From Monocercomonoides exilis PA203 (taxonomy: Eukaryota; Protista; Preaxostyla), in the NCBI GenBank assembly GCA_001643675.2, contig LSRY02000013.1, positions 1,550,001 to 1,614,000 of the forward strand: a stretch of DNA of 64,000 nucleotides, given 5' to 3'. Made by a program: the position numbers and the translations under genes. How positions within the stretch are numbered: the first letter of the stretch is position 1; each line of letters starts with the position of its first letter. Under the pieces are notes generated by a model. It was given only the letters and a program-made list of their open reading frames with translations. It was not told where the DNA came from and did not search any database. Below, in pieces: positions 1 to 12,250 of this stretch.

Positions 1-182
1 CTGTTTCTAAATTTTCCTTTCCTTTTGGCTTTTTCAATACAACTCTTCTTCTCATTTATTTCTTCTTTTTTTTCTTTTCTTCTCCCAAAACTAATCCAAC
101 CCTTCCATCCCTTCCTTCTCCCTCACTCAATTCATTCATCTCAACAACAACCACTTCCACTCCCACCGTCATCAATATCAAT

Positions 183-1175
183 GTGATCCCCTCCTTCTCC
201 CTTCACTCATCTCTCTCCATCCACTCATCCATCTTCCTCCACACCCACAACTCCATCGATGGCGCCATTCTCCCAAACCTCAATGGCCCATCCACTTCTC
301 TCTCTGCCTTCAATTCCTCTTTTCTTCACCAAACACGCTCTTCATCAAATGCCCCTGTTGTATATGAAGGAAATGAAACTCACAGAAAATCACCTGGAAG
401 ATTGACTTCGTTTGATCTGAACAGCCATCGCTTCGAATGGTGCGAATGGAACGATTCAAATGGTGGAAGCGATTGGGGTGGAGCACTAAAAGTTAACTGC
501 ACAAATGCAAATCTCACAATCACTTCCTGTACATTCAACAATTGTTCATGCACAGGTAATGGCCATGGTGGAGCGTTGTATTGTGAAAGTTCGTTAAAAA
601 TTGATATCACAAAATCCAATTTCACAAGTTGTTCTGCTGCTCATGGAGGAGCAGTTCACGCAAGGAATCCGCAATCAAATTCTGTTTGGACATTCTCAGA
701 AAACAGAGTGGAAAGTTGTTCAATAACAAACTATTGCGGAACTGGTTGGTATTTTGGGGTTGGTGGAATGCCATCAAATGCTCAATTCCTGTTTTCCAAA
801 TGCAAGTGCATCTCAAATTCTGGTGGTGATTCTGCTGGTTCTCTCACATTCAATTACCCTCCAGGAACTAAGCCAAGTAAATTTTTGATAAATGATTGCC
901 AATTTATAAACAACAAATTGACATCAAATTCAACTTCATGGGGAGGTGCTGCGCTTTGCTGTACAGCAACTTATTCCTGGATGAATGGAGTAAAATTCAT
1001 CACATTCTGTTTCTTTGATGGCAACACTGCGACGAATGGCAGGGGCAATGATGTGTTTTTCAATGGCAGTTCAATAGCCCAATCCCCATTCGAGAATTGT
1101 GGATCAACAACTCCAACACAAAGAGTGTGGAATTGTGGAACAGTTGAAAACGCTGGAAAAAATGACCAATTCTAG
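183..1175 (+). pseudogene. 5'- and 3'-truncated paralogue of a Cys/Gly-rich right-handed beta-helix (GGA / FxxN repeat) surface protein
   Basis: Repeated GGAL/GGAV/GGAA and FxNC/FINN/FDGN motifs. About 106-720 is near-identical to the reverse complement of about 59615-60232. It lacks the N-terminus and stops earlier than the 58933-60801 copy. Confidence 0.7.
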
Positions 1176-3016
1176 CTTTTCTTTCCAAATTCTCCAATGA
1201 AATGCTTTTCATTCTTCCATCTCTTATTTTTTCTTTCTCTATCATCTCATCTCATCTCTTTCCTTCTTTTCTCTCTTTTTTCATATTTTTGATTTCTCCT
1301 TTAATTCAACGTTTTGTCTTCTTTGTTGTTCTGCTTTTCAATTTTTTCGCTTTTCAAGCATCTTCCTTTTCTTATCCAAATACATTTCTTTGTGTAAGTT
1401 GCTATTTCTTCTTTCCTCTTCTTCCTATTATTCTTTCTTTCTTTCGAAAAATCTCTTCAATCCTCAAAACCACATTTCCTTTCATAATTTTCAATAAAAC
1501 CAGGAACTGATTTCTCTTTATCTTCATTTGTATTTCTTCTGCTTCTTTATCTGATTTAGAAGAAGAAGAAGCCACAAAAGAGCAGGGCATTTCGACCAGT
1601 AAAGTTCAGCTGCCTCGCATTCAACTGTCTGTTATGACGATTGGTTAGAGGATTAAACAATAGAAGATATAAATTCTGGCTGCTAAATTGTTTTGGTGGC
1701 TGCTCTATCGAATTATTCAAATTTAGTGAATTAGATTGTTCATTCAATGCTTCTTCAAAAGATTCTGGTGTTTGTGCACTCGCAGCATCCTTCTCAGAAT
1801 CTTCTTCATTTTTCCTCCCTTTTCGTTCTCCCTTATCTTATACATCCTCCTTTCCCCTTATTCTCTTCTCCTCATTTCTCACCTTTCGATACGAGCACAC
1901 AGCCAAATGCGCCTGCATCTCTGTGTATTGTCGCAGCAAAGCCTCATCTTTCCCTTTCGTCTCTGTCACAACAGAATTTTTCATCATATAGCCTGAACTT
2001 CCGTGTGGTTGAAGAGATGTGACCAGAAAAGATAGTGAACAACCGTGAAAAGACGAAGAATAAGGAGGAGAAGAAGAAAAATCAAACCGAAGATTATTCT
2101 GCACCTGCAAATGCATCTGAAACGGCAGCTCGGCAGCAGAAGATAACGAATGAGTTTCTAGAAGCTGAACAAAATCTAAGTTGGAAATCGGCGTTAAGTC
2201 GCCTTTCCTACCGCTTATCATATCAAACAAAAGAAAACGTCTCCGCTGTTGTGAAGTTGTTTCCATCTCTTCATTCGCCTCAGCTTAATCTTCTTTCAAG
2301 ACGTTTTTCTTTCTGTTCTCTGAAAGAAAGAATATTTTTTCTTTCATATTTTCTGCAGAGATATCCATTTTCAACTTGCAATAACGGTGCATGTAGAGGA
2401 GCGAACGAATAACTAACATCACCAGCAGATGTCAATAGAATACTTTGTTTATGGGAACTTTTGGAATTCTTGCATAAAAATGGAGTGATGTTCAAAAGAG
2501 GATGTTGATGTTGTTGCTGCTGCTTTAGATGATTTGAATGCATTGAAAGTGATTGTTCCAGTTTTTCCATTCTATCTGTTCTCCCTCAACAACCAGAATA
2601 ATCTTCTTTGCATTTCTTTCTTCTTCCTTTTAATTTCGTTTCATTTTTTCATCTTCTTTTTTCATTTCTCCTATTCTTTCTATTTCTCTCCATTCATTCA
2701 ATGTCAGTTCATTAACATTCATCTTTATCTGAATATTCATCTGTTCTTGATGAAATGGAATTATGCGCAAAAGCGAAGACAGCAAAGCATCAGAAGAAGA
2801 AGACGAAAGAAGAACATCGCTTCCGATTCGTTCTGTATTTATTATTTTTAATGAAGAATGCATCGGAGAAAATGAAGAAATGGATTGGGATGTTGCAGAA
2901 ATATAAGACGAATATGAATAAGAATACGAATACGAAGAAAATGAACAAAAAGAAGAAAAAGAAAAAAAAAAGAAAAAGAAAAAGAAAAAGTAAAAAAAGA
3001 AAAAGATGAAAAATAA

Positions 3017-3335
3017 GAAAAAGATGAAGAAGAAGAAGAAGAATGCGAAGAAGACGAAGAAGACGAAGAAGGCGAAGAAGGCAAAGAAGACGAAGAAGAC
3101 GAAGAAGACGAAGAAGAAGAAGAAGAAGAAGAAGAAGAAGAAGAAGAAGAAGAAGAAGAGAGAAAGAGAAGAAGAAGACGAAGAAGACGAAGAAGACGAA
3201 GAAGACGAAGAAGAAGAAGAAGAAGAAGAAGAAGAAGAAGAAGAAGAAGAAGAAGAGAGAAAGAGAAGAAGAAGAAAGAGAAGAAGAAGAAGAAGAAGAA
3301 GAAGAAGAAGAAAACGAAGAAGTGAAAGAAGAAGA
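3017..3335 (+). repeat. (GAA)n/(GAC)n microsatellite, low complexity
   Basis: Long gaagaagaa/gaagac arrays; the poly-K/E/R ORFs here are artefacts of it. Confidence 0.9.
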
Positions 3336-3531
3336 TTCAGATGCGTTTCTGTGAAAGTGACTTGTCTCTCTTTTCGGTTGGGCTGATTTTCTTGTCTTCT
3401 CTGTGCAACTTTTTCAATTTTTTGCCATCTTCACCTTGTTTCGTTCATCTGAGTCAATGTGAATGTCAGAAACGATTTCCAAAAAAGAATCTCCAAAAAC
3501 GATGGATTATCGATCAACGCACAAAATAAAT

Positions 3532-3563
<32 letters not shown>

Positions 3564-4261
3564 ATCAGATTCATTCCGTTTTCGCTCATTACGTATCCAA
3601 AAGAAGGATAAAGATGAAGCTGAAGAAGATGGTTAAAAACTGTTATTTGAAACAAAATATGAAGAAGATGATGAAAAGACATCTGGAATGAATCACCTCT
3701 CTCTGCCGGGGCTTTTCTCTGCTTATTTTGAGTCAAACGAGAAGAGATCTGTTGCACCTCTGGCTGATAATTCTACAAAGATGAATCACTAATATTTTAT
3801 TGTGCAATCAGAAAAAACGAATTGTGTGCTTCATGAAACAATCATTGGCTATTGAAATGTTTCTGCTGCAACTGGCACACTATCAGATGAAATGATGTCG
3901 ATGCAGATTAATCTTTGGCTGAAGAATTTCCACAACGTTTTCCAGTCGATCCACTGAACATGTAATTTTTATTCGCTTCTTTCATCCCTTTGATTTCTCA
4001 GTCGGTTTGATCTGGGTTCACAAACAAAAAAATGAAAGGCCCTCTCAAAAAAGTTGTCATTCGCCATCCAAATTGAAGTTCTAAGAACTGGTGCATCGCT
4101 GTAACTATTGTTGAAATTTGATTTCTTCTTTTTCCTCTTCAAATCCATCTTATCCTTCGCTCTTTCAGCATTCTTAAAACAAAATAATAATCACTTCAAA
4201 ATAAATATCTAACCTTCTAAATATTTTTATAAACAATTTTCTGCTTTATATTGAATTGGTA

Positions 4262-4650
4262 ACTGTTTTCCTCCAATTAAATTTTTTTATTCCTTCCTTT
4301 TTCAAGTGTTTCATCATCTGATTTGCCAACCATCCTTTCCATCAGTTGTTTCTCCATCAAATGCATTGATTTCCCTTCCTTCTGAAAAATGTGAAATTTA
4401 TGCATTTTGCTCAATTCCACCCTCATCATTGAAAAATATCCTGTTTTTCCGTCTGAAAATATAACTCCAATTCCCTTCCCAATCCCTTCACCCTGTGCAC
4501 TTTTCGTATGAATTCGCTCCCCCAACTCGATAGCCACCCTGCACAGCGAGATATCCCGCTTTCATTCATTTTCATTCTTTTCCACCTCCTGCCCTGAAAG
4601 AAACACAAAAAACATCAAAAGGCTAATATTCATATATAGAAAAATAAATA
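4262..4650. repeat. Diverged copy of a dispersed repeat (gene fragment 'IELGERIHTKSAQGEG...') also at about 40584-40970 and, inverted, about 62490-62875
   Basis: Near-identical nucleotide blocks and ORF translations at the three positions. Confidence 0.85.
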
Positions 4651-6419
4651 AAGACCAAACTGCACTTCATTTGTTTTTCGCCAAATAGCCTCATTTCCAC
4701 AACAATCATCATTCAAAATAAATCAATCTTTTCATTTCAGTCTCAGAATGGTCAAATGCAACAAGAAATGCTTCTCCACAAAACACATTGCACATCTCAC
4801 TGGAGGGTCTTTTCAGCCCGTACACATTGTGGTGGATGTCCAGAGGGGTTTTTTCTGTTTTTGTCATGATCATCTCCTTTAATAATATTCTCAAACATTC
4901 AAATCAATGTTTGATGTTTATCTCACCAACACCTTGCACATGAGGGACACGGGGCAGAGAAGAGATGGAAGAATATTTTTTGTGGCAGGGAGTGGGAGTT
5001 GAGTGGTTTTTGGAATGTTAATCTTTCAAGAGGGGTTTTTGAATGAAAGAAATTCTGAGACAAAGGTGTGGGGAAGGAACAGATAGGGATTTTGAGAAAA
5101 ATATGTAGTGAAAATAGAGAGAGAAAGTTGGAGATGATGAGGGATGTGTTTATTGTTGATGAGAGAAATGTATTTTGAAGAGATGGAAAAGAGGGTAAAA
5201 GCGGGAAAGAAGATGAATATTCTGAAGTGTTCAAATGGAAGGAGGGATATTTTTTCATGAGAAGAAAAGATTTTATGGAAGAGACGGGGAAAGATGAAGA
5301 AAAGGAAGGGATTGATATTTAATGAGATGAAGGATAGAAAACAAAGAAATGGAGAGATAAGAAAATATTTTTAGATTGTTGCTGATTGGATATGATGTGA
5401 CTGGATGTGAAAGAGCGCGACGAAGGGATTGAGAGAAGAAGAAGAAGAAGAAAAAGTTATGAATACATTATTTTATTAGGAAATTTATTGATTATTTTTT
5501 TCAAACGATAAATTAAGTCAATTTTTTGTTTTTATCTTGTTTGAATCACTTTTATTTTTATTACTCAAGTTTTCATGTGATAAAAAGAAATTGATCGTTC
5601 TCAATCTTTGTTATTTGATATCTAAAATTATTTTCATCATTTTTTTTCAAAATTTAAAATCGAATTATTTTTTAATAACAAAAATATAGACAACATTAAA
5701 AATTCAATCAAAAAATATTTCTTTGATTCATTTTGTTTTTTTTTATATTATGTTTTAATCCCTTTTCATCCCGCTATTTATATTTTTCACTTCATTTTTT
5801 GTATTTATAATTCTTTCATATGGGTCATTATTTTTCATATCGTAACTTTGTTCGAAGAAAGATCTTTTTTTAATAATTGTGGTGTGTGTTATTAAAAACT
5901 CAAATATGTGTTAATAAGTGAAATGTGAATGAAGAGCGAAGGAATTATTGAAAAATAAGTGAAATTGAGAAAATCTTGAAAATACCATTATAACATTTAT
6001 TTATACAAGAATTTTTAACATAACAATAATTTGACATCGCGATGCCCAGCAAGTTCAGTTATTGCTTAAAGAAGATAATAATTTAAGTATGATTTAATGA
6101 AATAACTTTATTATTATTTTTTATGAACTATCATATGAATATATTAATATATATATTTTATTAAATTTGATTGGAAATTGAAAGGTTTCTTGTTTTTTTA
6201 TATATTTTATTTTATGCTTTATTATAGTCATGAACGATGTTCATTTTATTTATAGCGATTTGATAAGTTAAAGAATAACTATAACATTGAAAGTTGAACG
6301 TGCACCAAAAATGGAGCTACAGAACATTTTAAAGGAAATGAAATCATTTTAAAGAAGAATGTGAGTAAGGGAGAATAATTGTTGTGGAAATTATCAGTCA
6401 GATGTTTGTCTCTTTATTT

Positions 6420-7779
6420 TCATTTGAATATTTTGTTTGGTAATTTTATTGTTTGCTGATTTGAATTTTTATTTGTTTTGTAAGCATCCTTCAAGAAATG
6501 TGATGCAGAAATGGATGAAGAAGAGGTTGAAAACATTCTGAGTACTAGACGGGGAAAGAAAGGGATGCAGATAAAGAGGGAAGGCTGAATGAGAAATGGA
6601 GAAGGAGGCAAAGCGGAAGCGATTCCAAGCAAAATGATGACAATGCGCCGATAGATGCTGCAAGGCGTTGCCGCAGCAGGAAGAGGATCAAAGAGGGAAA
6701 AGGAGGAATGGATCATGTGAGAGAGCGACGGAAAGGAGGAGCTTTGGAGGGATGGCAGCAAAGGAATGGAGGAGCTGTGAAGCACTCGGACTTAATCCCG
6801 AAGAGACAAAACAGGCGATGCCACCACGTTCGTTGATGTCTTTATCATCATCGCCATCGTATTCTTCCTCTTCCTCTTCATCATCATCAACTTCTTCTTC
6901 TTCTTCCTCCTCTTCCTCCTCTTCCTCCTCCTCCTTGTCCCCTTCACCTTTTTCATCGTTCTCATCGCCTTCGTTGTCTTCATCCACTGCTTCTTCTGCT
7001 GATGCAGCTATGACTTTTTTGGTCGGACAATCCATTTCTTTTTGTGCTCCTTTTTTGTGTAGCGGAGAAGCAGACGAATTTTTGAGCGATGTGCCCGCCA
7101 GCAAAAAGAACAATGATTTACGGCTTGTGAGGCCTTTGATGAACAGAAGCAGTTTCAGTGGCTGCAACTCTTCACTCATTCGATACTTGTTTCATTCAAC
7201 TCGACATATTCAAGCGCCTTCTTCTTCTTCTTCTTCTGCTGTTATTTCTTGTTCTGGAGCAGTGCGATTCTCAGATGCTGTCGAAAGCTGCTATAATAAA
7301 TGAGATGAAGCATCTGGTGTGATTGGTGTTGTTTGTGTGGTTGCTTGCATTTTAGCGAGGTGGGTAGAGACGAGGGAGGAGGAAAAGGAGGCAGAGTATG
7401 ATGAGGCAAGGAATGTGCTGCTGTTAGATAAGGATGGAGCATTGAGGATGATTTTTTGAATGTCGGCAGGTTTTGGTGGGGATGGGACTTTAGTGGGGTA
7501 TTTTGTTGTGGTGGTTGGTGGATGGAGTTTGGAGGGGTGGGAAAGAGCTGGATGAAGCGTGAGCAATGGGAGTGAGCATTGTTGGCTGGCTGTGGATGAT
7601 AGAAGGAGAATGCTGAGAAAAGCAAGAGACTCAAGAGAGAAAGGAAAAGAAGAATATGGAGAGGGATTTTTCGGAGGGAGAAAAGAAAAAAGAGGCAGTA
7701 AATGAAAAATGCAAAAATACAAATGGTTTGCATTTATTTTATCAGATTGATTGATTTTTCCCTTCAAAAAATGATACAA
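6420..7779 (-). pseudogene. Fragmented gene relic (hydrophobic N-terminus, Ser/Pro/His-rich, acidic tract); cargo of the foldback element
   Basis: Overlapping broken ORFs 7242-7779, 6688-7179 and 6420-6785 with coding-like composition; no family recognised. Confidence 0.35.
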
Positions 7780-8419
7780 TTATGTTGAAAAAAATAACAT
7801 TTACAATTTCTATTTTAATGATATTTTCATATTTTCATATTTTATTTATCTTCCAATATTAGAATTTCAGCATGGGCGATCAACAGCAAGGAGGGAACAA
7901 GGAACTTGGAAGTGCTGGCGTTCGAGCGGATTTGGAAAAATAGCAGAAGATGGCGATTGAAGGGCAATGAGCTGAATCAGCTTGGGAAAGAGATTTATAG
8001 TATAATTGTAACTATACAGTATTGGCAGAGAAAAGGAGCTTTAACAAACTTTTTTACAAGATTCTTTTTTTGAGCAACAGAAAGAGGAAGGAAAAGGGTT
8101 GTCGAATTATATGGAGTTATGAGAAACATTTTTTGAAGAGATGGGGAAGAGAAAGAGAGGATGGGACAGACGAGAAGCGAAAGAGAAGGAGGAGGAATAG
8201 GAGGGGGAAAAGGAAGAGGAAGAAGAATGCGAAGGAGGAGGGAGTGTATTGGTGAGTGAGTAGCATTTCTCTTCAAATTGCATTTCACCAGTTCCATTTT
8301 TCTCATCTTCCCTTATACCTCTTGGATTGCACTCTAATTTGATCTTTTTCAACATCTCAGCTAAACAGCAAGATTCTTCATCTATGATCAATTCACTTTT
8401 ATAAAATCTTCTGCCTTCC

Positions 8420-8950
8420 AGGCAGACAACGAAGACGAAGGGCTGCTCAGCGAACACGTCATTTGTCGGATGCTATCGATCACAGAATGTTGCAATCAGC
8501 GGGAGTGAAGGGAATCCATCGAAACAAGCGAGACAACAAATAGCAGACAATGGGGCGAATTCGTTCACATGGTGCGAGTGGAACGGATCGAGAACAACTG
8601 GAACAGGAGCTTCTTTTTCAGATGGAATATCAAGTTGAGGAGCAATTTACATGTATAATCTTGCGTCAGGAACACTTTCAGCAAACCACTGTTCATTCAA
8701 TGACTGTACTGCATATTGTTGTGGTGGAGGAATTTTGTGTGCTTCTATTAATTCAGTTAAGATAGAGAACAACTCGTTCAATGCTTGTACAACACAAAAT
8801 AATTACGGAGGAGGGATGCATGCCTATTCAATTTCTTTGTGACACAGGGTTAGTGTGTGCAAATTCCAGAAATGTGAAGCAAGTGACGATGGAGGAGGGT
8901 TTTTTTATCAACTTTTCAGCTTTCTGGAGCAGATTGAATAGAAACAAAAA
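8420..8950 (+). pseudogene. Degenerate fragment of the beta-helix surface-protein family
   Basis: Reads NSFTWCEWNGS...*GAIYMYN...CSFNDC...GGGILC...SFNAC...YGGGM, paralleling HRFEWCEWNDS...GGALKVN...CTFNNC...GGALYC in the 183-1175 ORF; contains stops. Confidence 0.7.
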
Positions 8951-9805
8951 TTTTGCACAATGTTTGTGAATAAAATGAAACTTAGCAATTAGACTGATTC
9001 TTTTTGACTTTCATATATTTTTCATATTTTTCTAAACTTTTTTTGTATGTTTTATCTTTTTTTCTTCATTTCACATGTTCATTGATTAATGGAAACAGGA
9101 AAATTGCAATTGATAAAACAAATCTTAAATTTTTTGTAATATAGAATTGATGAATTTCATTTTTGAAGCTCTTCCATCAAACTTCTCAAATAAGGAAAAG
9201 ATCTCTTTATAATTCAGACTCATATATGTTCTTCTCGATGACAAATGAAGTGCACATCTCAAAGCCATTAAAATAATAGAAAATTTAAATTATGTTTAAT
9301 GTTTGGAACGAAGAAATATGAAAAAAAAGATAAAAATAATAATGGCAGTTTATAAATATATTTCCTCCTCCGTGCTCATTTTCTTTCTTAATTTCACAAA
9401 AGTCTATCAATAACATACCTTAAAAAGTATATTTAATATCTATTCTTTGATTTTTATCTGCTTCTTGTAGGAAAGAAGTATAATAAACATTAATTCGCTT
9501 GAAACTTATCAAATCGCTATAAATAAAATGAACATCGTTCATGACTATAATAAAGCATAAAATAAAATATATAAAAAAACAAGAAACCTTTCAATTTCCA
9601 ATCAAATTTAATAAAATATATATATTAATATATTCATATGATAGTTCATAAAAAATAATAATAAAGTTATTTCATTGAATCAGACTCAAATTTTAATTAT
9701 TTTCATAGGGTGGTTTTTTTATCCGGATATTTTTTTATATGGGAATGAAAAAATAAAAAAAATTTTATTTTACTGTAGCATGTTTGTTTCTTAAAAAAAA
9801 GTTCA

Positions 9806-11429
9806 CTAGTAATAAATATAATCAATCAACTCTCTCTTGATTATTTTTCTGGAATTTTCTTGTTTTCTTTCATCTCCAGAATTATCATCAAAAAAAACTT
9901 TTTTTCGTGGAATTTTCCTTTTCTTTGGTTTTTCATCCTCAAACAATTTTTTTTCCACAGTTTTTTCATTATCATCATTCATTATCTTCTCTTCTTTCAT
10001 TTTCTTCTGATTTCTCCATTCATCCAAAAAATCTTGGTCGGTTATAATTTTTCCATGAAAATCAAATCTATGGTTCTTTTTCTTCAATGTGACAGAAGGC
10101 TCATCAGGTAAAGTGGAAAGAACAGCATGCCATTGGTTTGATAACACTCCACTTTTGACAAACGAAGAAACAATTGTTTCAGGCAATAATGCTGTTTGCA
10201 GAGCCTGAGGAAGGGCATCTGCAATTGCTTTTCTTCGAAGAGAGACAGATGAAGAAGAAGGAACGACATATTTTGTGTTAAAGCATTTTTTGAAGACGGC
10301 AAATACTCCTCGGTCGAGAGGCTGGGTGAGGTGTGTGCTGTGGGGGATGAAAGTCACCACGTCGATGGAGGCATCAGCGAATTTTTGCCAAATATCGGGC
10401 TGAGCTCTCGATGGATGAGAGTCTAATAGAAGAAGGCATCTTTCTTCATCTTTGTTCAAAAGAGTTCGTCTTTCCACGATTCCTGGAAGGAGAACATCTT
10501 CTGCATATCTTCTAAATATTGCGTCGGTCATCCAGCCATCGTTGTCCTCCCAAATGCTTATTGTTGAGCTGAGCATCGCTAGCAGTTCGGATGGAATCTT
10601 CTTTGAAGGCCATAAAACAATGCTTTTTAAAGAATAACCGTCTGCAGCAGCAGCAACGCACAACGTGGTGTTTGGCATGTTCATAGGTGTTTTGTTGAAC
10701 CCAGCTGGTGAATCTGAAGGATGTACAACAAGCTTTTTGGTGGTATCTGAGAGGCGTAGAGAAGATTCGTCTGTGTTAAAAATCAAAGAAGAAGAATATT
10801 TGTAAGTATTATGAAGATGTTGAAGAAGTTCGTAGAAAGGCTGGAGGGTTTGTTTATTTGAAACAGCTAATCGTTGAATATCAACGTTTCTTGGAAGGGA
10901 AACTTTAAGGTGTGGATTTCTTTTAATGAATGAGTAGGGCGATGACTTAGAAATTTCAACTTCTTCCTTTTCTTCTTCGAATAGGTTTTTTTGTCTATCA
11001 TAAATAACAGATTCCATCTATTATAAGATAAAAATAAAAATAAAATTGATTATGAATGAATAAGCAAACTAATTGTTTCATTTGAGAAACAGAAATGCTC
11101 ACTCCACTTGAACTTTCGCAACGAATAACATCTTCAACTGTTTTTTTTTCTTCATCAGTTAGTAACTCTGGGTGACCAATTTTGCCGACTTTTCTTTTAT
11201 TTTCCAAAGCTGTTATTGCTCTGTTAATGGCCGAACGGCTGAACTCGTGAAGATTCGCTGCGTCCACTATCCTCGCCTTTCCATCCAAAATAATTGTCGC
11301 AATCCGCTCTAAACGATTTTCTATTTGCCTATAACCAAATGACATCATTTGATTTCTAATGTTTATCAATCCTTGTTCTGTTTTGTTTTTGATAACACTC
11401 ATTTTTAAAAATTTTTTGGTTATGATCAT
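9806..11429 (-). CDS. pogo-type DD35D transposase (DDE_1), two exons 11429-11070 and 11017-9806, about 523 aa, apparently intact
   Basis: N-terminal HTH-like segment; FNTDES, LLLLDSHPSR and PHSTHLTQPLD motifs with 35 residues between D2 and D3; phase-0 GT..AG intron 11069-11018 (52 nt). Confidence 0.9.
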
Positions 11430-11556
11430 TTTTTAATTTTTTTAAAAAAATTTTTTTGAAATGAAAAAAATTTAAAAAAATTTTTTTCGATTAAATTCTA
11501 ACTTAGTAATACCCCTTGCTATTTCCTAATCTCCTCAGGGGAGGCACTAATCAGAG

Positions 11557-11590
11557 ATGGAGGAGCTAACCCCCCCATCTCCCCCCCCAT
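11557..11590 (-). promoter_or_regulatory. G-tract motif upstream of the pogo transposase (G-quadruplex-capable)
   Basis: Minus strand reads atggggggggagatgggggggttagctcctccat, about 130 nt before the ATG. Function is inferred only. Confidence 0.35.
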
Positions 11591-12036
11591 CAGAGATTAG
11601 GTATAGTAATTTAATCTGAAATTCTAATTAGTGACTTTTCCTTATATATCAAAAATATGATAAAATATCCAAAAAGTGGGAAGAAATAATTCATAATTAA
11701 AAATTTTGTCCGGATAAAAAAAAATGTCCGGATAAAAAAACCACCCTACAATAATTGGATTTGTTTGATGTTGCAATATCAAATAATTTATATGTAAAAA
11801 ATTGCTTAATAAATTAATGTTATAATGGAATTTTCAAATTATTCTCTAACTCTCTGATTTTCAAAAATTCAATCACGATTCTTTTTTAATGCGGTTTTAA
11901 CATATGTTTTTTGCTTTTTTTCATTTCATACCACAATTACTTAAAAAAAGATCTTTCTTCGAACAAAGTTACGATATGAAAAATAATGACCCATATACAC
12001 AAATAAATGTATTTTGACATGAAACCTGTTTCTTAT

Positions 12037-12077
12037 GGGGGGGGGGGGGGGGGGAGAATGGGGGGTTTCTCCTCCAT
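12037..12077 (+). promoter_or_regulatory. G-tract motif upstream of the Tc1-like transposase
   Basis: G18-agaat-G6-tttctcctccat, enclosed by inverted repeats ttttgacatgaa/ttcatgtcaaaa and gtttcttatg/cataagaaac. Confidence 0.35.
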
Positions 12078-12250
12078 TTGACTTTCATAAGAAACTGGTG
12101 GGTTACATGGCGAGTAAATCCCACAAATTCATGTCAAAAAATTTTCAGTGAAGAATTACAACTACTGAGCAATTTACAGTTTAATATCAATATGGAAAAT
12201 TAATTACTATATTTGAATTTCTAATTAATGGGAATGAAGAAAAATTACAT

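Larger units (their letters stand above)
9708..11746 (-). mobile_element. Complete pogo/Fot1-like (IS630-Tc1-mariner superfamily) DNA transposon, 2039 bp, TA target-site duplication
   Basis: Perfect 20-bp TIR gggtggtttttttatccgga at 9708-9727 and 11727-11746 (extends further with a mismatch). TA at 9706-9707 and 11747-11748. Second tccggataaaaa repeat at 11709. The host sequence resumes on both sides. Confidence 0.93.
5821..11993. mobile_element. Foldback/Pack-type non-autonomous element with about 450-bp terminal inverted repeats and TA flanks; right TIR interrupted by a pogo transposon
   Basis: 5821-5873 is the exact reverse complement of 11941-11993 (tgggtcattatttttcatatcgtaac...). About 6090-6269 is inverted at about 9503-9690, and about 5970-6065 is inverted (diverged) at about 11749-11850. 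TA lies at 5819-5820 and 11994-11995. Confidence 0.8.

Noticed and set aside
2755-3386. Poly-K/R/E/S ORFs (also near 14572, 26750-27360 and 33143)
   Set aside because: Products of GAA/TCT microsatellites or antisense shadows of other genes.
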